A stretch of DNA of 64,000 bases, taken from an uncultured virus (IMG/VR IMGVR_UViG_3300047554_000629). Lineage: Duplodnaviria; Heunggongvirae; Uroviricota; Caudoviricetes. The notes beneath the pieces were generated by a model. The model had not been told where the DNA came from, did no database searches, and was given only the letters and a program-made list of their open reading frames with translations. Positions 56,611 to 64,000 of this stretch are shown one piece after another; the stretch's first letter is position 1; the number at the start of each line of letters is the position of its first letter. A program made the translations under genes and the position numbers. Location of the stretch: the IMG/VR virus record IMGVR_UViG_3300047554_000629, positions 1 to 64,000 of that record. One strand, given 5' to 3'.

Positions 56611-58489
56611 AGTTAGGAGAGCCTAATGGCCAAAAGCGGTCGTCAGATGATTGGTAGATGGACCGTGTGCTTTATTCCTGCAAGGTAGCCGAAGCACCTT
56701 GAGAGAAGCGGTCAACAGACACTCAGGATTCCACGCAAAGGCCATTCAAAAAACAATCATGGTTTCAGAATTACTGAACTTGCAGTCCCAGGTTGTCAGC
56801 ATTGGACAGGGCCTGGAAATTGGTTGATTGGTTTTGAATGTGAACCGCCGACCCCACGGAAGGTCGGGTTCCTGCTGGTGGATACGCACAGCGGCTTGTG
56901 AGCCGTTGTGCTGCAACCGATTTGCCGCTCGTTTGGTTTGATTGGCTGAATTGGCTGCACACGCCGCCGATATGGGCGGCTCGCTGGGCCGATGGACCCC
57001 GGCTTTCGGAGAACCACTCCAGACCGCTCCTGGGCTTCAGTCACCCTGGGCAGCGATGGGATTAGATTAAAGTGGCTGCTTTTTTCGGCCCAAGAATCCT
57101 TCATGTCGCCTTCTGGCAAACGAGCTTTTTCCCACTAGACAGAAATGCTGAACGTGCTACACTAACACTGTCAGCTTTGGTAGTGGCCACCGGGTGCTCG
57201 TAAAACAACCCGGTGGCCACGTCTTTTTACCACATCCGCCAAGCATGTCAACGCAAAATCATCTTGGCTTTTTGGATTTGTTCTTCTTGGTTGCCAGCAT
57301 CAGCGACTTGCGAGCTGCACGAAATTCCCGTTTGTCTCGGCATTGCTGCTGGTACAGGCCTTCAGGATCGTGGACATGGCAGAACCATTTGCCGTTTCGA
57401 ACTCGGTCTGCGTGGATAGGGCAATCCAGGCCCTTTGTTGTGGTCGCTGAGCATTGCATAATCATCTCCTGTACTTCGCTGCTCGCCGTCTTGATGCTCC
57501 TCTGCCGTTTCTTCCAAGGATGCACTTGTTGAAAGTGCATCTATTCCCGTACCTGTCATCCTTCTTGATCGGCCAGCCTTCCTCAAGGAACCTTGTCAGC
57601 ACCATAAACTCCCAGCCGTGTTTAGTTACAATGCTGTAGTTCGGCTTGTGAATCGAAACCTCGCACCGCGAAACCTCAGAGTCCATTGTTGCGCGATGCT
57701 CTTTCCACTTCGTTTCGCCAGCACGGCGAACGAACCCAGGAGTTCCAGCATTGATCTTTAGGCCACGCATATTTTCAGGGTAGTGTATTCTTACACACCA
57801 TTCAAGACATATCTAAAGAATATGATAAGCCTACAGGAACGGGAAGCGCGCAAGAACCCCTGGTTATTGGGGGTTCCTGCGCTTTCGCAAGCCGTACAGT
57901 ATACGGTATAGCGGCGTAGCACAAGCAACTTCAATCATAGACGAGCTATGACGCCGGACCAATCCGGTTGAGGACGTGCTTGATTAACCTCATCCTCGGA
58001 GGTTTAGTGTTTAGCCACCTCCCGTTGCCTCTGCGTTGGCCAGAGGGCTTAATTCCCTATCGAGATTCAGGCGGATGCCCGCCAAAGTCGTCGCATACTG
58101 GCCTTGTGGCCAAGCCCTGGGCAAAGACAAACCACCCAGGACGGGCAGATCGGTTCCCACGTTTCCTGTGGGACTGGCTTCGTGAACCAAGGGCGGTATA
58201 AGCCCTCACCGTCTGGTCGCTGCACTTCCTGACTACGGCAGCAAAATCGTATTCCCAATTGTCCCCGCAGGGCGGCTAGGGAGCCGAATTTTCTCATTCA
58301 GGGAGTTTTCAATCGTTTTAGGGGTTGCCACCGAGACGTGCATCTGTTAAGGTGCATTTGTCTCACAGCAGCCGCGTTGCTTGTGAACCAGTGCCCCGGA
58401 GTGTTAAGCTCGCGGGGCACAATTCATTTACACAGCATAACACACTTCCAAGCCATTGCAACACAATTCAACGGAATTCTTCCCCATCG

Positions 58490-59236
58490 TCAACAAACAA
58501 TCCTGCCAATGTTCCGAAACAGCCGATCATCGGCCTTGCGTTCGCGCTCTACGACTCTGTACAGGTGATCCACAAGCGGCTTGAACTCACGCATCTTGGC
58601 CAATGACTTGGCCTCGATCTGCCGGACCCGCTCTTTGCTGATCCCAAGGTCATTGCCGATGTCCTCAAGGGTTTCTCCACCAACGAATCGCCGGACGATG
58701 ATGCTGTAATACCGCTTGTCGAGGCAGAACGACATGAGGGCCTTGGTCTCTGGCGCAAGGTCTTCTGGAACTTCCTCATACTCTGGCCGATCAACAAAAT
58801 CAAGCTGGTTGGCATCCCTGAACCTGGAGGATGCTTTGATCTGATTTTCGACCACTGACATTGGCAGTACGTGGATTCTCTTGATCCACTCGTGTTCTTT
58901 TGTTGCCCCGATTCTGGTTGTTGCTTTACCAGCGGCCTTATGGATGCAGTTCTTGATCCAGTGGAACGAATATGTTCCCTTTGAGGCTCCGTGAGACGGA
59001 TCGTACCGGACAAGGGCCTCGCACATGCCCAAGACACCGGCCTGAATGAAGTCATCGAGCCAGTTGAGGTACAGTTGGCCTTGTTCGTGGATGTTTGTCA
59101 TTGCGGCCAGGATGTAGGCGCACCTTCGGGCCTCCTTGTAGACAAGTTGCATGTTGGCCATCACCCATTCCTGATCTTCTTTGTCAAGCCTTGACTTTGG
59201 CTCTTTGGATTGGACAATTCCTTCTGCCGATAACAT
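58490..59236 (-). CDS. sigma-70 family RNA polymerase sigma factor
   Basis: DFIQAGVLG...RYDP...TYSFHWI (region 2); TLEDIGNDLGISKERVRQIE (region 4). Confidence 0.85.
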   Translation of the reverse strand: MLSAEGIVQSKEPKSRLDKEDQEWVMANMQLVYKEARRCAYILAAMTNIHEQGQLYLNWLDDFIQAGVLGMCEALVRYDPSHGASKGTYSFHWIKNCIHKAAGKATTRIGATKEHEWIKRIHVLPMSVVENQIKASSRFRDANQLDFVDRPEYEEVPEDLAPETKALMSFCLDKRYYSIIVRRFVGGETLEDIGNDLGISKERVRQIEAKSLAKMREFKPLVDHLYRVVERERKADDRLFRNIGRIVC

Positions 59237-60192
59237 GGTGATCTCCTAGTCGTGCTCTGTGAAGTCGGCCAAGGGCGGGCGGATTTGTGACCGCGCCGCC
59301 CATTTTCTTTTCCGCCGCCGAGTCTAACCTTTCTCTTGTGGCATTTCAAGCAATTTCTGATGGCTAATCAGGTCTTTGGTGATCATCAATGCCAACCTGA
59401 CGATTTTGTTCACTTTGAACCGCACAACGCCATCGATATTAACTATCAATGGCTGCATCGGGTGTTTTGCTGTGCTCATGGCTTCAGGTGCTCCCTTACA
59501 TCATACGGCAGCGGAACGTACTCGACTTTGAGTATCCAAACTTCATACGGCTTGCCAGCAGGTTGCACCGTCCCCGTTGGGCCTTTCTCAAGACTGACGA
59601 ACTTGGCAAACATCCACGGGCAGTCATGATGGGATCGCGGGATTCTCAGTCCGCCGACACCGAAAAACTCAGGCGGGACTGGCGTAGGCGACAAAAACGT
59701 GTCGGGCTTCACATCACCTAGTATGCTCCGCACATGATTCCACGGCATCACACCGTCGTAAGACAGCATAGATATGCTGTCTTTTAAGACTGACCCTCTC
59801 ACGGCTTCGCCTCCATAGGAAACATTTCATCCAATTCCTTTTGGAACTCCTCATCGGACTGCTCAGGAAACGTCCGATGAGCCGGGTTGAGTATCTGGTT
59901 CTCGATTGCCGTCTTCTCGGCCTCGGTCTTGTTTCCAATGCCAATCAGCATGTCAACCGCGTACATGGCCGAACACGCCATTGAGAGAATGTCACCGAAC
60001 TGCGGATTCGTCTGATCGAACTTGGCATGGAAGTCGTCGCCTTCTCGACCGGCGCAGAACTCGACAGACTCAATCGTTTCACGGCTCGCATAGCAGCTGG
60101 TCTTTGGCCGCTTCCAATTCAGCCTAACCCACAACGACCGGCGGCCGTCAGTGAGGCCAATCTGTGTCCACGAATCGTCAGGCATGGGCCAC

Positions 60193-60654
60193 CTAGTCGA
60201 TGAGGAACAGCTTCACGTTGACCGTGGAGCCAGAGTAGTTGCCTATGGCTATACTATCGACTGCCTCCATCGTTGGTTCACTTCCGCCCGTAATTAGGGT
60301 TGTGTTCGCTGCCGGAAGTATCGAGCCATACCCACAGAGCCAGAATGGGAAGTACGGCCTGATCTTGTGCGTCACGTTCCCGGTCTGCCCGATCAACTGA
60401 AGGTAGATGATCTGGTCGGCCCAGCAGTACAGGTAGTCGAAGTCCACCGGGTAGTTGGAATCCTCGTCCCACAGAGTCCGCACCGTGGCCGTTGGCACTT
60501 GGCCAACGAACGGGTAGACGAGTCCGGTGACGGTCGGGCTCTCAGAGAACGAGTACAGTTCATCAGGCGAACTGTCGGATTCGCCCTGGTTGGCGGCGAA
60601 GGTTGTGCCGTTGATCTCGATCTCGAATCGAGAGACGATGCCTAAGTTTGCCAT
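60193..60654 (-). CDS. hypothetical beta-rich protein
   Basis: Clean ORF, GAAAGG RBS. Confidence 0.55.
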   Translation of the reverse strand: MANLGIVSRFEIEINGTTFAANQGESDSSPDELYSFSESPTVTGLVYPFVGQVPTATVRTLWDEDSNYPVDFDYLYCWADQIIYLQLIGQTGNVTHKIRPYFPFWLCGYGSILPAANTTLITGGSEPTMEAVDSIAIGNYSGSTVNVKLFLID

Positions 60655-60836
60655 GAGACTTTGCCTTTCTGATCAAGCCTGTGAAACAATGCAAGACACG
60701 CCAACCCGACCACTTCAGGAGCACCATGCTTCTTGTAGTTGGCCACAGTGTTCCTATGCAGGCCAAGCAATGAAGCTGCCTCACCGTCGCCTATGCCCAT
60801 CGAGAGCATCCACTTTACAAAGTCTTCGGCACTCAT
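60642..60836 (-). CDS. small HTH regulator
   Basis: EAASLLGLHRNTVANY. Confidence 0.65.
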   Translation of the reverse strand: MSAEDFVKWMLSMGIGDGEAASLLGLHRNTVANYKKHGAPEVVGLACLALFHRLDQKGKVSWQT

Positions 60837-61160
60837 TTGCACAATTTTAGTGCATTTTGCGGCGGTGGACATCACAAATTTTGTGCATTCGGCTAGTTGC
60901 GGTCGTCATGGTCTGTTTCGCCTCTGAAGTGCTCTCCAAGTCCGGCAGACGACGCTTGGCCATGAACGGCATGGATTTCCTCGAATTTCTGGTAAAAACT
61001 CCCTGGTTGCCCAGGCAGGTTGCTGCCGGTGCAGGCATAATCGTGGTCGCTCGCATGTGGGCAACGCTTGTTGCCGCACGTCGGACACCTTGGCATTTGC
61101 CGCTCAAGCAGGTTCGGCGTTCTCTCATGAACACACCGGACACACATGCAATCAAGAAGG

Positions 61161-61847
61161 TCAGACATGGCCATTGCTCCCGTTCGTAGATAGCCCGTGT
61201 GCAACACCATTTAGCGTAGGACGCACGATCTCGGCTTCAGGTAGCGGAATAGCGACTCTGGACTTAATATCGGCCAGTAGGGCCAATAGACCGGCTTTGT
61301 GGGTGTCTACTTCGGCGAGTGACAAGCCGCCAGAGGTCAGGTCGATTTTCTGGGCCGGACGTTGGTTGTCTGGCATGATGGCATACTTGTCCTCGATGGC
61401 CGACAGATGGGGGTGCGGATCACGGAGTTTGTAAGTGACTTCGCCGTCTTTGGTTATGGTGATACCGGCGATCATACGCCGGGCTTCTCGTGGTATCTCG
61501 TGTATGGGTTTGGACTTGCCGTTTTCGTCGAATAGATCGGCTGGGTCTTGGTACGCTATTTGTTGCCGGATTTTCCTTGTGCGCTTGTATTCTATGGCCA
61601 TTTGGGCGGCTTCGTGGTCCTTGACGTGCTGCTGGACTTCTTTGAGGTACGCGGCCACATCTGGACGTTTGAGTAGTGAGTAGGCTCGCTGTTGCGCTTG
61701 CTTGTCGGTTTGGGCGGTGAAGCCAGCTTGCTTGTAGGCGCGGGCTCTGTTGCCGGTGGCGATGTAGATGTGGACGAAGTTGGCGTATCGCCCCCTGAGA
61801 GTGTTGAACTTCTTGGGCTTGATCGGGTTTGGTTCTCGTTCAGACAT
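61161..61847 (-). CDS. terS: terminase small subunit
   Basis: NRARAYKQAGF...AYSLLKRPDVAAYL; DPADLFDENG. Confidence 0.8.
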   Translation of the reverse strand: MSEREPNPIKPKKFNTLRGRYANFVHIYIATGNRARAYKQAGFTAQTDKQAQQRAYSLLKRPDVAAYLKEVQQHVKDHEAAQMAIEYKRTRKIRQQIAYQDPADLFDENGKSKPIHEIPREARRMIAGITITKDGEVTYKLRDPHPHLSAIEDKYAIMPDNQRPAQKIDLTSGGLSLAEVDTHKAGLLALLADIKSRVAIPLPEAEIVRPTLNGVAHGLSTNGSNGHV

Positions 61848-61856
61848 GGTGATGAC

Positions 61857-63362
61857 CTACTGTTTGGCCTCTTGGGTGTTCACTTGAACATGCGGCTTGG
61901 CCTGCTCGATGATTTGGCAGACATCGGCTTCATAGAATTGGGCAGACATCTCGACACTGGCCGTGACAACGCTCGGCTTGGCCATGTCACAGATGATGGA
62001 GAGCTTGGTTACGCCTTTGGGGTTGATGCCGAGTGTTTTACAGAGCATTTGTCCGAATACGGATGATACGTTGAATTTCGCCTTGGGCTCATTTTTTGCT
62101 GGAGTCGCAAACGGGTCTTTGATCATGATAGGACTGCCGCAGCCATCCTCAAAAGAAATAAAAGAGTGCTCGCTTTTTAAAACAACGACTTTCACCCCGT
62201 AAACAAAGTCTGTTAGGCCATACTTGGCGTTTGTACTTTCAAAGAACTTCTCTCCCCAGTAGTTCCTTACATAGTCTCTGATCTCGTGCGTCCTTGACAG
62301 ATCGAGCGCTGTCATCTCGCCGCCTATTATCATCAATATGCCTTCACTTGTTGGCCTTCTGAAATGCCTTGCAACATATCCAAGAGAGTTGTTTATTGCC
62401 ATGAATCCAGGCGATCTAGGGTCAGCGCTGGCATGTGGCCAACCACTTACCATCCTTAGAAAATCTCCGTGTAAAATTTCAGTTGACTCTTCTTTCTGAC
62501 TGAGCGAGCGGAATGGGTCTTTGATTACGGCATTTTTGACATCGCCGTTAGTCATTTTGGCACAAATCAAAATGCCGTCCACCTTCCCTTTATCTTTTTT
62601 GATAATTATCTCTAATCCGTACAAGAAGTGCGGTAGCCCCCATGCGGAGTTTGGCCAGACGTATTTGGCACCGTTGACCCGTGGCTGGTCTCCGACATAC
62701 GTGGTGCGAATGTGTTCTCTCACTTCGTCTGTTTTTGAAAGAAGGCCAGCAGTTCTCTGGTCAATCTTCATAGAGACCTGCACAGGCGTCTCGCCGTTTG
62801 TAATAGAGGCGATGGCAATGTGAAGCGTTCTTTTGATTTCCAAGTAGTGCGGCGAATTAGGATCAGCATTTGCCTGCGTCCAGTCAAATGATAGTTCTGG
62901 AGTTTCATCGAATGCTTTTACTTGTCCAAGCATCCTCAAGATTTCCTTGCGAATAATATCGGCGCTCAGCCCCTCTGCTTGCAGAGCCTCAGAAGCAAGA
63001 CCTTCTGGCTCACGGATAAGGCCAAGCAATAAGTGCTCAGTCCCCACATAGTTGTGATTGAGGCTTCTGGCTTCCTCAATCGAGCATTCGATCACTTTTT
63101 TCACAAGAGGAGTATGCGAAAGTCTCCCCATCATCGCCGTCTCCAACTTTGGGCCGGTTTGGGCAATTGCTTCCACTCTCGTTTCGATCTTTCGGAGATC
63201 GATGTCGAGGTTTTTCAAGACATTGGCAGCTACTCCTGATCCTTCCTTGACCAGCCCCAGCAAAATGTGCTCGGTGCCGATGTACTCGTGGCTTAGACGT
63301 TGGGCCTCTTGGTTGGCCAGCTGCATCACCTTGCGAACCCTGTCGGTAAATCGTTCATACAT
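61857..63362 (-). CDS. ClpC N-terminal domain fused to two capsid-like domains, no AAA+ module
   Basis: MYERFTDRVRKVMQLANQEA...GTEHILLGL twice; aa 161-255 and 308-395 align to capsid aa 158-258. Confidence 0.85.
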   Translation of the reverse strand: MYERFTDRVRKVMQLANQEAQRLSHEYIGTEHILLGLVKEGSGVAANVLKNLDIDLRKIETRVEAIAQTGPKLETAMMGRLSHTPLVKKVIECSIEEARSLNHNYVGTEHLLLGLIREPEGLASEALQAEGLSADIIRKEILRMLGQVKAFDETPELSFDWTQANADPNSPHYLEIKRTLHIAIASITNGETPVQVSMKIDQRTAGLLSKTDEVREHIRTTYVGDQPRVNGAKYVWPNSAWGLPHFLYGLEIIIKKDKGKVDGILICAKMTNGDVKNAVIKDPFRSLSQKEESTEILHGDFLRMVSGWPHASADPRSPGFMAINNSLGYVARHFRRPTSEGILMIIGGEMTALDLSRTHEIRDYVRNYWGEKFFESTNAKYGLTDFVYGVKVVVLKSEHSFISFEDGCGSPIMIKDPFATPAKNEPKAKFNVSSVFGQMLCKTLGINPKGVTKLSIICDMAKPSVVTASVEMSAQFYEADVCQIIEQAKPHVQVNTQEAKQ

Positions 63363-64000
63363 GATTTCCTAGTCCTTTCGTTGCAAAGAGGTCTATCTCA
63401 TGGCTTGTCCGCTTCTTGCTTGTTGTCATCATTCTTGATGCCAAGCCGACGTTCGGCCCAGCGCAACAATGCGTATACCACGCCTGCCACTGGAACGCCC
63501 AGAGACTTTACCACTTCGTCCTGGTCGATCTTGCTGGCGAGAATCCAGAGCGGCGCAACACATATGACGCCGACAACGCCTATCTGAACCGTGGGCCAGA
63601 AGTGTTTATGTTGGTAGAATTTAATAGTGGCTTACCTCAGTGTTGATAGCCGATGCGTTTCATCGAGCCTGCTTCCGTTTCCAGAAGTCTTACTGGCTCT
63701 CCGCGCCCGCGCCTAAAAGCACGGCCACGAACTATCATAGCCGCAGCAACATCCCGGTTACAGGATAATCCGCACCATTTGCACGAGTTCCGATCACCTA
63801 GTTCGGTGTGGCGGTCCAGATTGCGACTATTCCGCCATGCCAACGCAAGGTAAAGGAGGCGGTCCATGTTGGACCTGAGAAGAGCCGCTTATTGACAACG
63901 GCTGTCTCTGTTTTCGCCCGGCCAGTGTTAGCGCACCGACCGGGCTATTGAAGCGGCAAGCCCACGTAGCCTAATGGAAAGGCACCCTGTTCGTACCGGG

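Noticed and set aside
57179..57200. Second target of the TnpB guide (GGTAGTGGC)
   Set aside because: Only 9 TAM-distal bases match, compatible with chance.

Overview
A 64-kb stretch of a tailed phage or prophage, most likely infecting a planctomycete (it has a TIGR02996-type protein, a planctomycete-style RimI and a ClpC N-domain). From about 0.1 to 11 kb are plus-strand accessory and lysis-like genes. From about 13 to 43 kb is a minus-strand morphogenesis operon: tail fibres, short tape measure, tail tube, head-tail adaptor, major capsid, scaffold, a 1,470-aa prohead-protease fusion and a 1,479-aa portal-metallopeptidase fusion. From 44 to 50 kb are DNA-modification-like genes interrupted by an IS200/IS605 element and a second, stand-alone TnpB. 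From 50 to 64 kb are the large and small terminases (opposite strands, about 7.7 kb apart), a sigma factor and small genes. Most unusual observations: (1) a ClpC N-domain fused to two diverged copies of a segment of the phage's own capsid protein; (2) a catalytically intact TnpB bracketed by a perfect 24-bp inverted repeat, so its predicted guide matches its own promoter; (3) a circularly permuted tRNA-like (YrlA-like) RNA upstream of terL; (4) an inverted, mostly synonymously diverged copy of the terL 3' end flanking a possibly invertible segment; (5) ten copies of a 23-bp palindrome; (6) a head polyprotein punctuated by P-x-x-Y motifs. All calls come from reading motifs by eye; no searches were run.
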